Of a DNA stretch of 64,000 bases, positions 23,330-32,199 are shown piece by piece. Source of the DNA: Phycisphaerales bacterium. GTDB lineage: Bacteria > Planctomycetota > Phycisphaerae > Phycisphaerales > SM1A02. Every line of letters starts with the position of its first letter. Position 1 is the stretch's first letter. The translations under genes and the position numbers were made by a program. The stretch covers positions 1,725 through 65,724 of the forward strand of contig SIAM01000006.1 in the NCBI GenBank assembly GCA_009691785.1. Reading direction: 5' to 3'. The notes under the pieces are model-generated. The model ran no database searches and had not been told where the DNA came from. It saw nothing but the letters and a program-made list of their open reading frames with translations.

Positions 23330-24859
23330 ATGAAACTGCGAACTATTCATGCATGGCAATTAATTTGCGCCGCCGGGCTTTTGCTGAGCGCCTCTTGCAT
23401 GGTGGGTCCAGATTACGAGCAGCCCAAACCAATTCCAGTGGAGCCATTCCGCCCTGTCGAAGGCGTCGAGGCGAATGCCAAAGCGGCGGAGTTGGAAGGT
23501 TGGTGGAAAAATTACAACGACCCCATGCTCACAAGTTTGATTGAGCGCGCCGAGAAAAATAATCTCTCGCTGCAGCAGGCCACCATGAACATCGCGGCGT
23601 TCCGATCTGGCTTTGGCATTTCGCTCAGCCAACTTTTCCCCACGGTGGATTTGGGCGGCGGCTATAGGCGCGTCCAGTCCAATCAAGTCACCAATCAAGG
23701 TTCAACAACGCAGTCCGCCCCATTTAACTATTGGCAATATGGCGCGGCCACGCCGTCCTGGGAAATCGATCTCTTTGGAAGAATTCACCGCGGCATGGAG
23801 GCCTCAAAGGCGCGCCTGGAAGGCTCAGTGCAGGCGTGGCGTTTGTCACTTGTGACTGTGCGCGCGGATGTTGCCAACGCCTATTTGGCGGTGCGCACAT
23901 TTCAGGCGCAACTTGCGCTTGTGACAATGAATGTGGATGTGCTTGAGCAGATTTACAAAGTCAACAAAAGTAAATTCAAGGCGCAAACTATTTCGCAAAT
24001 AGACCTTTCCACAACCGCCGCGCAGTTGGCCACGGCGCGCGCCATGATTCCAAAGTTGCAGGCTTCCATTCAACAGCAGTGCAATGGCTTAAGCGTGTTG
24101 GTGGGCGAGGGTCCTGGCCCCATGCAGGATGAGCTGCGCAATCCAACAGCCATTCCGCTTCCCGCGAAGTTTGTTGATGTTGGAATTCCAGCGGACTTAT
24201 TGCGCCGCCGCGCCGATGTGTTAAGCGCGGAAATGGATCTGCAGGCCGCCACGGCGGAGATTGGCATGGCCAAGGCCAACTACTATCCCTCCCTGACTTT
24301 AGTGGGGGACTTCTCGCTTGCCGCCTCCGATTTTTCCGGCCTTGGAAGTTGGTCCAACAAGGTCTATTCATTTGGTCCAACCATTCAGTGGAATGTCTTC
24401 AACGGCGGATTGATCACAAGCCAAGTCCATCAGAAGCAGGCCATCGCATTTCGCCTGGCACTTCGCTGGAAGGAAACCGTGCTCAAGGCCGCCAGTGAAG
24501 TGCAGACATCGATTGGAAATTTCGCCGGCGCAATGGGCCAAATGCAGGCGTATCAAACAGGCTTGGACGAAATTGGAGTGAGCTTTAACTTAATCACCGC
24601 CCGCTACAAGGCGGGCACGATTCAGTTGAACGATGTGCTTGATTTTCAACAAGAGGTGTTGCAAGTGCAAGTTAGCTTTGTGCAATCGCGCGGTTTGGCC
24701 GCGCAAAACATGGTGGAGTTGTACCGCACACTTGGTGGTGGTTGGGAGACCGCGGAGGTTCCAGACGCCGGCCGCGACGCCTTTGACAAGAATGGTCCCG
24801 ACATGTTGAAGTCCATGCCATCGCTTGAGCAACAGGCGCAGGCCAATCCCGCAACATAA
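23330..24859 (+). CDS. efflux transporter outer membrane factor lipoprotein, NodT family
   Basis: Lipobox plus the family signature LLLSASCMVGPDYEQP. ~500 aa with the two-repeat TolC-like layout. Confidence 0.9.
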   Translation: MKLRTIHAWQLICAAGLLLSASCMVGPDYEQPKPIPVEPFRPVEGVEANAKAAELEGWWKNYNDPMLTSLIERAEKNNLSLQQATMNIAAFRSGFGISLSQLFPTVDLGGGYRRVQSNQVTNQGSTTQSAPFNYWQYGAATPSWEIDLFGRIHRGMEASKARLEGSVQAWRLSLVTVRADVANAYLAVRTFQAQLALVTMNVDVLEQIYKVNKSKFKAQTISQIDLSTTAAQLATARAMIPKLQASIQQQCNGLSVLVGEGPGPMQDELRNPTAIPLPAKFVDVGIPADLLRRRADVLSAEMDLQAATAEIGMAKANYYPSLTLVGDFSLAASDFSGLGSWSNKVYSFGPTIQWNVFNGGLITSQVHQKQAIAFRLALRWKETVLKAASEVQTSIGNFAGAMGQMQAYQTGLDEIGVSFNLITARYKAGTIQLNDVLDFQQEVLQVQVSFVQSRGLAAQNMVELYRTLGGGWETAEVPDAGRDAFDKNGPDMLKSMPSLEQQAQANPAT

Positions 24860-24919
24860 TTCAGGCGCGCTGATCACGGACCAACTGATGACATTCAGTT
24901 TGAATTGTTTTGCAAAAAG

Positions 24920-26062
24920 TTATGGCGAAATCGTCAGCGTGGGGCGATCGGTGCGGCCAGCCATCTCGGCTAATTTTACTTGCGCCTCAATGCGCTGACA
25001 CAATGCGTCAAGCGACGCGCCCATGGTGGGGTTCTTCCAATTGTCAAGCGGTTTGCCGCTGTCGGAATTTTCACGCAGCGCAATGTGAATTGGAATGGAG
25101 CCCAAGAATGGAAGCCCCATGGTTTGCGCCATAATTTCAGCGCCGCCGCGGCCAAATAAATCGTATTCCTTGCCATCGGGGGCGGTGAAGAAACTCATGT
25201 TCTCCACCACGCCAAGAACTTCCACGCCCAGGTTCTGAAACATGCGCACGGCGCGGCGCGCGTCGTCCTGCGCCACGCGCTGCGGAGTGCACACCACAAC
25301 GGCGCCCGCCACCGGCAACAATTGCGACATGGTCAGCGCCACATCGCCCGTGCCTGGCGGCAAGTCAATGATTAAATAATCCAACTCGCCCCATTCTGTT
25401 TGCGTGGCCAATTGTTTGAATGCGCCGTGCGCCATTGGTCCGCGCCACACCAACGCTTTGTCTGGGTCAACAAGTTTTCCAATGGTCATTGCCTTGATGC
25501 CGTGCAACTCAAACGGCAAAAGCATTTGTCCCTTGGATTTGGTGCCAACATCATCCATGCCCAACATGGTGGGGGTGCTTGGTCCATAAATATCCGCGTC
25601 AAGCAATCCAACCGAGTGGCCCATGCGCGCCAAGCCCACGGCTAAATTCACCGCGATGGTGCTCTTGCCAACGCCGCCTTTGCCCGCGCCCACGGCAATT
25701 ATTTTTTTCACATTGGGTAGTGGGTTGCCCGCTTCACCCTGAATTGATGCGGCTGAAGTTGCGGCGGCTGGCGCAGTGGTTGGCGCGTCAACTTTTGGCG
25801 CGACAAAATCTATTTCAAGCGTTTCTATTTTTGCGTGCGCAACAGCAGCCGCTTGGCGCACGGCGCGGTCGACGGTGGAGCGAAGTTGCTCTTGCAGCGA
25901 AGCCGCGTGCGGGGACAATTCCAACACAATTCGAATAGCGCCTTCAAACACCGCGATGTGTTTCACCATTCCAAGGGTGACCACATCCTTGTTTGTGGCT
26001 GGATCAACCACGGCGCGCAAGGCTTTTTCGACCGCGGACTTGTCAAAGGCTTCTGGTGACAT
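24920..26062 (-). CDS. apbC: Mrp/NBP35 family Fe-S cluster carrier ATPase (ApbC-like) with N-terminal DUF59-like domain
   Basis: Deviant Walker A AVGAGKGGVGKSTIAVNLA, N-terminal VVDPATNKDVVTLGMV, and CTPQ in the C-terminal half. Confidence 0.93.
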   Translation of the reverse strand: MSPEAFDKSAVEKALRAVVDPATNKDVVTLGMVKHIAVFEGAIRIVLELSPHAASLQEQLRSTVDRAVRQAAAVAHAKIETLEIDFVAPKVDAPTTAPAAATSAASIQGEAGNPLPNVKKIIAVGAGKGGVGKSTIAVNLAVGLARMGHSVGLLDADIYGPSTPTMLGMDDVGTKSKGQMLLPFELHGIKAMTIGKLVDPDKALVWRGPMAHGAFKQLATQTEWGELDYLIIDLPPGTGDVALTMSQLLPVAGAVVVCTPQRVAQDDARRAVRMFQNLGVEVLGVVENMSFFTAPDGKEYDLFGRGGAEIMAQTMGLPFLGSIPIHIALRENSDSGKPLDNWKNPTMGASLDALCQRIEAQVKLAEMAGRTDRPTLTISP

Positions 26063-26176
26063 GGGACGGAGATCCTAGAATCTATTGGGCGGCAACGCCA
26101 CAAGATGAATTATGGAAAATTAGAGATTCTGCAAAGTAGTTCTGCAATACAATCGCGCATCACGCATTTCTTCAAT

Positions 26177-26196
26177 TGATCAGAATTCACTGATCA
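26177..26196. promoter_or_regulatory. palindrome TGATCAG-N6-CTGATCA (candidate operator)
   Basis: Seen directly 19 nt upstream of ATG 26215. A direct repeat TTCTGCAA x2 lies ~35 nt further upstream. Function is inferred only. Confidence 0.35.
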
Positions 26197-26214
26197 CGAT
26201 ACGAAAGGAACATT

Positions 26215-26991
26215 ATGCGACACAACTCATCCACTTCCACATTCTCAGTCCGAAATGTTTTTCAAACAACGGCGCTCTTGGCTTCCATTACGCTCGCCGC
26301 CTCCGCGCAGACCCCTCCGCCAACAAATCCGCCCGCGAATGCGCCAGCCAATCCAAATCAGACGCCTGGTCTTGGTGGACCACCAGTTGCTCCAGGAGCG
26401 GCCGACAGTGAAACAGGTTTTGCTGGTGGCAAGCTAGGCGCCAAGAAAGGTCGTGGCACAAGTGGCGCAATGATCGATGAGCGCACCAAAGGAATGTTGT
26501 GGATGCGCACTTTTGAACAATTCAAAACAACGCTCAGTGAAGATGTGCGGACAAAAACAGAGGCCATTCAGTCCGCATTCCAAGCGTCCATGAAGACGTG
26601 GAACGATGCCAATGAGGAGAAAATGAAAGCTCTACGCGAGCAAATGAAAGGCCAGAAGGATAACAAGGCTGGCAAGGCCATTGGCGAGCAAATGAAAGCG
26701 TTGCGTGACACGATGCCAAAGATGGAGGAGACTCAGAAGCAAATTTTCGGGCTGATGAGTGAGTCTGAGCAAGCGGCGTTCAAGACAAAATTGGAAGCCA
26801 ATGAAAAACAGATGAAGTCATTGCGGGCCAACCGTGATGAAGATGAAATGGGTTCTGGGGCTGATGGCAAAGGCAAAGATGGAAAAGGCAAGGGCGGCAA
26901 AGTTGGTCCGGGTGGCAAACCAGGAGATGGTCAACCACCAGCAGGTGGAGACAGCGACAAAGCGCCACCACCACCACCATTTGATCCGTGA
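26215..26991 (+). CDS. secreted Lys/Glu-rich helical protein with Pro/Gly-rich ends (hypothetical; weak Spy/CpxP-like flavour)
   Basis: Signal-like N-terminus (TTALLASITLAASAQ), repeated xQMKALRxxM helices, and a C-terminal GKGKDGKGKGGKVGPGGKPGDGQPPAGG...PPPPPFDP. Confidence 0.55.
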   Translation: MRHNSSTSTFSVRNVFQTTALLASITLAASAQTPPPTNPPANAPANPNQTPGLGGPPVAPGAADSETGFAGGKLGAKKGRGTSGAMIDERTKGMLWMRTFEQFKTTLSEDVRTKTEAIQSAFQASMKTWNDANEEKMKALREQMKGQKDNKAGKAIGEQMKALRDTMPKMEETQKQIFGLMSESEQAAFKTKLEANEKQMKSLRANRDEDEMGSGADGKGKDGKGKGGKVGPGGKPGDGQPPAGGDSDKAPPPPPFDP

Positions 26992-27069
26992 TTGGGAATG
27001 TCCAAGTTTAAATTGGTTTAGACGTGATCTCAATCAATCGGACTTGTTGGGTCAATTCAATGTGCAATT

Positions 27070-27108
27070 AAAACGGACGCCTGCATTCGCAGACGTCCGT
27101 TTTATTGT
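27070..27108. terminator. bidirectional rho-independent terminator
   Basis: AAAACGGACG...CGTCCGTTTT is a 10-bp stem with an inner CTGC/GCAG extension. It has an A-run on the left and TTTTATTGTT on the right, midway between convergent genes ending at 26991 and 27191. Confidence 0.75.
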
Positions 27109-27190
27109 TGTTCCAGCTTTGGGTTTCAATGTCCACGGAGCGTTCAAACCCAAGCGAATATGTCCGGGAGAATTTTTCCAAGCACGCGTT

Positions 27191-28249
27191 TCAACCGCCG
27201 CCAAATAAGCGAATGTCATCCCAGTTGTCCAAGCCCGACAGCCCATCTTTGCTGAGAATTTTGTCAGTTGTTACGGGCGTTTCTTTATTGCCCATGCCAT
27301 CGGTGCGGCCTAAAAACACGCCATCTTTGCCGGCGGAAATGAGCAAATATCTTCCACGCGCTGTTCCAGACAATGGCTTGGTTGGATCGCCAAACCCTGG
27401 ATGGCGCAAGAACTGCGCGAACAATTTCTTTTTGTCCTGAATGCTCGCATCTTCGAACAGCGTGTAATTCAGGGAATCCGGGGATTTGATCTGCGGCATA
27501 GAGAGATCTCCTAGATTTTTTGAACCTAAATAAGGATCCATGGTGCTGTATGTGTTTGGATTCACACCGTCAGCAAGCACAAGAAATTGCGCGCGGTCAG
27601 GGTTATTGTTTCCAGCAAGGGGGCCAACATTACGAGCAGAGAGCAAGAAGATAATTGGATCGCCCCAAGAGTCCACAAGATCTGGAATGAACAAAGAATT
27701 TGCATTGTCGGTGGACTCAAGAGTTCGGCTAGTTCCAAATACCTGCCCCGCAATTGGTCGCAGATCGTTGGCTTTTGGGGAAAAGAAGGGTGGATATTGT
27801 TTCCCATTGATGCGCGGGCCCTCGCCCATTTTCCCCACATTAATTTTTACCTCGAAATCCGCCTGGCCAGTTATGCTGAAAGTGAGCACTTTCCATTCGG
27901 GTGCGCCGTAGCCCATCGTGACGTCATTATATGTTGTTGCATCCACATCATTTTTGCGCACGCCGCCGCCCATTAATTCAAGCAACGCATTTTCGGTGCC
28001 AGAAATTTGCGGATTGTTGGCAAGAATGTCGGTGGGCACAAGTCCTGGATAGCGATTAAATTCTTGTTGAAATGCTTCGCAGGCTTTGGAAAATTCTTGC
28101 ATTAACCCCAGGGTCTGTGTGACCTTGGCTTTCTCTTGCACCTTGCTTAATGCGGGCAATAAAATTCCAATCAGCAAGGCGATGATTCCAATGACCACCA
28201 TGATTTCAATCAAGGTGAAGCCGCGACGCTGTTGAGAAATGTTGTGCAT
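27191..28249 (-). CDS. prepilin-type N-terminal cleavage/methylation domain protein, enlarged GspG-like pseudopilin
   Basis: RRGFTLIEIMVVIGIIALLIGILLPAL at the N-terminus, with the GspG-like motifs DSWGDPIIFL and YLLISAGKDGVF. At 352 aa it is far longer than canonical GspG. Confidence 0.75.
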   Translation of the reverse strand: MHNISQQRRGFTLIEIMVVIGIIALLIGILLPALSKVQEKAKVTQTLGLMQEFSKACEAFQQEFNRYPGLVPTDILANNPQISGTENALLELMGGGVRKNDVDATTYNDVTMGYGAPEWKVLTFSITGQADFEVKINVGKMGEGPRINGKQYPPFFSPKANDLRPIAGQVFGTSRTLESTDNANSLFIPDLVDSWGDPIIFLLSARNVGPLAGNNNPDRAQFLVLADGVNPNTYSTMDPYLGSKNLGDLSMPQIKSPDSLNYTLFEDASIQDKKKLFAQFLRHPGFGDPTKPLSGTARGRYLLISAGKDGVFLGRTDGMGNKETPVTTDKILSKDGLSGLDNWDDIRLFGGG

Positions 28250-28387
28250 GAATATTTCCAGGTTAAAAGTGTGTGGTTTAAAATGTCAACAAAAAAAGTT
28301 TGGAGCAAGAATCAACATAATCCGCGGAGCGCTTCCGCAGGGGTCAAGAATGAATCCGAGGCTTCTATAGTAATGGTTCCACTGATT

Positions 28388-28903
28388 TTACAGAGGAATG
28401 CATTCGCCACCATTCGAAAGCCGCCGAATGCCCTCATACACGCCGCACGCCACGGACGTGGCCAGATTTAAGCTGCGACAAGCGGGGTTGTCGCGCATGG
28501 GAAATCGCAGCAAGTGGTCCGCTCCAAATTTTTGCGCCACCCACGCGTGAATCTCGTCGGGCGTTCCGTTTGTTTCATTGCCAAAAAGCAAGTAATCACC
28601 GCGTTGCATGGGCGCTTGCCAATGTGAGCGCGTGGCGTGCGAAGAATACAGCCACACATTGTTCGGCTGCTCGCGCTGCATAAACGCGCTCCAACTTTCG
28701 TGCTCACGCAGGTCGACCAAGTGCCAGTAATCCAAGCCCGCGCGGCGCACGGCTTGCTCATCCATGTCAAAGGCAATGGGCCGCACCACATGCAGCCGGC
28801 ACCCCGTGACCACGGCGGTTCGCCCCGCATTTCCCGTGTTGTTGGGGATTTGCGGATGGATCAGGACAATGTTGAAAATTGGATTCAAGAGTTGGTCATT
28901 CAT
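28388..28903 (-). CDS. trmL: tRNA (cytidine/uridine-2'-O-)-methyltransferase TrmL (SPOUT family)
   Basis: NIVLIHPQIPNNTGNAGRTAVVTG ... RRAGLDYW ... LLFGNETNG. ~170 aa, YibK/TrmL-like. Confidence 0.88.
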   Translation of the reverse strand: MNDQLLNPIFNIVLIHPQIPNNTGNAGRTAVVTGCRLHVVRPIAFDMDEQAVRRAGLDYWHLVDLREHESWSAFMQREQPNNVWLYSSHATRSHWQAPMQRGDYLLFGNETNGTPDEIHAWVAQKFGADHLLRFPMRDNPACRSLNLATSVACGVYEGIRRLSNGGECIPL

Positions 28904-29070
28904 GTGGAGCGCGTGGGGTGTGAGTGGAAAGCATGGACGCTGTCATTTGATATTGCCACATTCTATTGCACGGCTAGAAAAATAATGGCGATCGGATTGG
29001 ATTGACCAGTGATCTATGTGGGCAATCAAAGGTGGCGATCCACGCGCTTTCTGGCTACACTTTCAGAATC

Positions 29071-29211
29071 ATGATGGAAGTCCTTCTTGTCAATCTTGCG
29101 TGGGTGGTATTGATGGGCGTTTGGGGAGTCTCGTACTTCATTCAAGCTCGCGCCGACCGTGCCAAGGGTGGTCGATATATCGCCAACTTGGAGCCGGAAT
29201 CAAAGGACTAA
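29071..29211 (+). CDS. possible 46-aa single-pass membrane peptide (hypothetical)
   Basis: MMEVLLVNLAWVVLMGVWGVSYFIQ is one hydrophobic helix. It is followed by a GC-rich hairpin at 29225-29256. No other support. Confidence 0.25.
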   Translation: MMEVLLVNLAWVVLMGVWGVSYFIQARADRAKGGRYIANLEPESKD

Positions 29212-29354
29212 GTGCGCTTGTGTTGGCAAGGCCGCGGCTTAAGAGCCGCGCCTGCCGCTTGTGCGCGCTTCTTAGAAGGGCATCGGATTCGCGAACGCGC
29301 CGCGCCATAATTACATCTAGAGCGCGGCAACATTGCATGTCAGCACATTTCAAA

Positions 29355-29428
29355 CGCCCCGCGCGCGACTTGAACGCGCGACCTCCAGTTTAGGAAACCG
29401 GTGCTCTATCCAACTGAGCTAGCGGGGC
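29355..29428 (-). tRNA. tRNA-Arg (anticodon CCT)
   Basis: The reverse complement folds as GCCCCGC-TA-GCTC/AGTTGGATA/GAGC-A-CCGGT/TTCCTAA/ACTGG-AGGTC-GCGCG/TTCAAGT/CGCGC-GCGGGGC-G. Confidence 0.92.
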
Positions 29429-29578
29429 AGCGACAACATTAGAGACGCATCAAGGCCGCGCGGCAAGTTGCTTGCCTTGCCAAAAAGGCGCTTGTCCGTG
29501 ATTGATGTGTTCGCACTCCATGCGCTTTGCGGCATGGGTGCGAAGGCACATCGACGAGTATTTCAACACCAGCAACAA

Positions 29579-29652
29579 TGCCGACGGGCGGACTCGAACC
29601 GCCAACCTGAGCATTATGAGTGCTCCGCTCTAACCGGTTGAGCTACGACGGC
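29579..29652 (-). tRNA. tRNA-Met (anticodon CAT; elongator-type, or possibly Ile2-CAT)
   Basis: The reverse complement folds as GCCGTCG-TA-GCTC/AACCGGTTA/GAGC-G-GAGCA/CTCATAA/TGCTC-AGGTT-GGCGG/TTCGAGT/CCGCC-CGTCGGC-A. It has a U5:U68 mismatch and no initiator features (no GGG/CCC anticodon stem). Confidence 0.88.
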
Positions 29653-29791
29653 GAAGGGGAACAGTTTAGCGAAGGTTCACGATCGCGGTGGCGGAAATGT
29701 ATTTGAAAATTCAAACAAGTGCTACTATTGCACACTTTGAAACGCTCTGATTTGATGAATAAATCCTTTACTTAAAAGAAAGTCCACCACA

Positions 29792-32017
29792 ATGAATCGC
29801 ACGCTACTTCTTGTTGGCGCCTGTATCGCACTGTTTGGGTCCATGTGCTTTGATGGTTCATGTCCACGTTGTGGCGCGCAAGCCGCCGCGCAGCAATCGG
29901 GCGCGGGCACTTCCGCAGCCGTTGTGCCGCAAGCCCAAAGCAACACTTCGTGGCCGCAGGTCTTTAGCCAGAATGGTTTCACCTACACCATCGGCATGCC
30001 ATCGTTTGTATCGATCAACGGAACTGCGATCACGCTGAGCGCGTCTTTGAATGTTGCGCAACCTGACGGAGTTCAAAACAACGGAACCATGACCATGATG
30101 GGTTTCACCGCAACAGGCGATCGCCCTGGCGACATTGAAATTAATGAACTCATGGTCATGCAAGTGCAATTGCCAAATGGTGGCGACGTGAACGCCGCGC
30201 AGACGGCGCTGAGCACGCTGACCAATGGTCTTGCGGTTGACATGAGCCGCAAAGCCATCGCGCAGCAAATGACCATCAATCCAATCACCACGCAAGGACT
30301 TGGAAATCAAATGCCTGAGATTGTGCAGCGTGATGTTGCAACGGTTCTGATTTCAGTGGCGGGCGAGCCACAATTGACGGCCCTGGCCGCAACGGGTTGG
30401 ATGCGCACCACCAATACGCCTTTTATTTTGCTGCAAAATGCAAGCAAAGTGTGGTTTGTCCGCATGGGTCAAAGCAATTGGCGTAGCAGTCAAACGTTGG
30501 CGGGGCCATGGATTGCCGCCGCCGCTCCTGATGCCAGCGTCATGCAAGCCATGGGCACCGCGCCAACTCCACCAAAAGGTTTTACAAGCACGCCAATAAA
30601 AAATGCCGTGACACCAACCGCGCCAATTGAGATTTTGGTTGCGACAAAACCAACTGTGTTGATTTCCTCCAACGGCGCGCCTGTGTTCAATGTGGTGTGC
30701 GACGGCGTGCAGCAAATGACCAACACCAACTCCACATTTTTGCGCACCACAACGCCGGCTGCTGACTGGGTGTTAGCCAGTGGCCGCTGGTTTGCACGGT
30801 TGCAAGGAATGACCACATGGCAATTTGTGCCGCCAAATCAATTGCCACCGGCGTTTGAGAATTTGCCCGCGACCGGTTCGCTTGCCGCCGCGCGCGCGAG
30901 TGTTCCAGGAACACTCCAGGCCAAGTCCGCCATGTTGTCGGCCAGCCAGACACAGACGGTGACGCTGTTGCGCGCCAAAGCGATATGCAATGTGAAGTAC
31001 ACGGGCGCGCCGTTGTTTGCGCCGATTGCCGGAACCGATTTGCAATATGGCACCAATTCCACCGCGCCTGTGATTCAAAGCGGGGCGCAGTGGTATTGCT
31101 GCGACGATGCCGCATGGTTCATGGCGGCAAGCGCAACGGGCGCATGGACTTTGTGCGATACGCTTCCACAATCTTTTGCCAGCATTCCCGCGACAAGTCC
31201 GATGTATTGCGTGACCTATGTCAGTCCTGTTTCAAGCACCGTGGACTCGGTGACATTTGCTTACACAAACGGATATTTGGGCACCTATCTCAATGAAGGC
31301 ACCGCCGTGTTTGGAACAGGCAACGCGTATGAGACCACCAATCTTGCCAATGGTCAGTCGCAAACATATCCGCAGACCTATGGATCGGACAATCAATACG
31401 ACGATGACACTGGAACATACGCGCCGGACGACGACTACTACAACGAGTACCCAGCGGTGCAGCCGGATGTGTATGGATATGGCTACGACGGTTGGGGTTA
31501 TTCAAGCGCGTGGTCGCAAGCCTGGGGTTGGGGCATGGCCAATCGAAGTTGGTGGAACAACGACAACTGGAATAATTTTTATCCCTACGGCGACCGTTGG
31601 AATAATGGCTACAGCGCGTGGCAAGTACATCAAAATCGCTTGGCCGATGAGCGCCGTAGCAATATGGCTGAATCAGCGCGCCTTGGCGGAGTTGGCGGAG
31701 TTGGTGGAATTGGCGGAATTGGTGGTGTTGGCGGAATTGGTGGAATTGGTGGAATGTCCGGTTTCCATCCGGAGCACCGTAACAACAACCGCGATCAAAA
31801 CCGCGATCAAAACCGCGATCAAAACCGCGATCAAAACCGCGATCAAAACCGCGATCAAAACCGCGATCAAAACCGCGATCAAAATCTCGCTCAAAACCGC
31901 GATCAAAACTTCGCTCAAAACCGCGGGAATAGCGTTATGAATCAGCCTCGACCACAGGGTCAGGCGCAGATTTTTGGCGGCGGAATTCGCGGTGGAGGTG
32001 GCGGTCGCGGGCGTTGA
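29792..32017 (+). CDS. secreted hypothetical protein with internal Trp-containing repeats and a low-complexity aromatic/Gly/Asn and (NRDQ)n C-terminal tail
   Basis: Signal-like MNRTLLLVGACIALFGS. Long uninterrupted ORF. Repeated RWFARLQGMTTWQF...LPPAFENLPATGS / AWFMAASATGAWTL...LPQSFASIPATSP. The tail is described under the repeats below. Confidence 0.7.
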   Translation: MNRTLLLVGACIALFGSMCFDGSCPRCGAQAAAQQSGAGTSAAVVPQAQSNTSWPQVFSQNGFTYTIGMPSFVSINGTAITLSASLNVAQPDGVQNNGTMTMMGFTATGDRPGDIEINELMVMQVQLPNGGDVNAAQTALSTLTNGLAVDMSRKAIAQQMTINPITTQGLGNQMPEIVQRDVATVLISVAGEPQLTALAATGWMRTTNTPFILLQNASKVWFVRMGQSNWRSSQTLAGPWIAAAAPDASVMQAMGTAPTPPKGFTSTPIKNAVTPTAPIEILVATKPTVLISSNGAPVFNVVCDGVQQMTNTNSTFLRTTTPAADWVLASGRWFARLQGMTTWQFVPPNQLPPAFENLPATGSLAAARASVPGTLQAKSAMLSASQTQTVTLLRAKAICNVKYTGAPLFAPIAGTDLQYGTNSTAPVIQSGAQWYCCDDAAWFMAASATGAWTLCDTLPQSFASIPATSPMYCVTYVSPVSSTVDSVTFAYTNGYLGTYLNEGTAVFGTGNAYETTNLANGQSQTYPQTYGSDNQYDDDTGTYAPDDDYYNEYPAVQPDVYGYGYDGWGYSSAWSQAWGWGMANRSWWNNDNWNNFYPYGDRWNNGYSAWQVHQNRLADERRSNMAESARLGGVGGVGGIGGIGGVGGIGGIGGMSGFHPEHRNNNRDQNRDQNRDQNRDQNRDQNRDQNRDQNRDQNLAQNRDQNFAQNRGNSVMNQPRPQGQAQIFGGGIRGGGGGRGR
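31685..31756 (+). repeat. 9-bp in-frame tandem repeat x8 (GGYGGWRTT; peptide GG[V/I])
   Basis: Counted by hand: GGCGGAGTT GGCGGAGTT GGTGGAATT GGCGGAATT GGTGGTGTT GGCGGAATT GGTGGAATT GGTGGAATG. Confidence 0.9.
31787..31918 (+). repeat. 12-bp in-frame tandem repeat x11 (AACCGCGATCAA; peptide NRDQ)
   Basis: Eight identical units are followed by AATCTCGCTCAA, AACCGCGATCAA and AACTTCGCTCAA. Confidence 0.95.
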
Positions 32018-32199
32018 AAATAAATTTAATATTGCAAGCGCGCGTTCTATGTGTGTTTGTAAATATGTTGTTGACAGAAGGCGTTGCGCGGCTGTTGTCG
32101 CGCGCAAATTGTGGTCATCAAGCAGCGCTGTGTGATGTCTGACGAAATTGCATAGTTAATGCGCAGGGTTCTTGCGCCATCAAAAATAAATTGAATCGA

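Noticed and set aside
29355-29652. The tRNA-Arg/tRNA-Met pair as a genomic-island integration site for the adjacent 741-aa repeat protein
   Set aside because: There is no integrase, no duplicated tRNA 3' segment and no flanking direct repeats in the window. The idea cannot be supported from the sequence.
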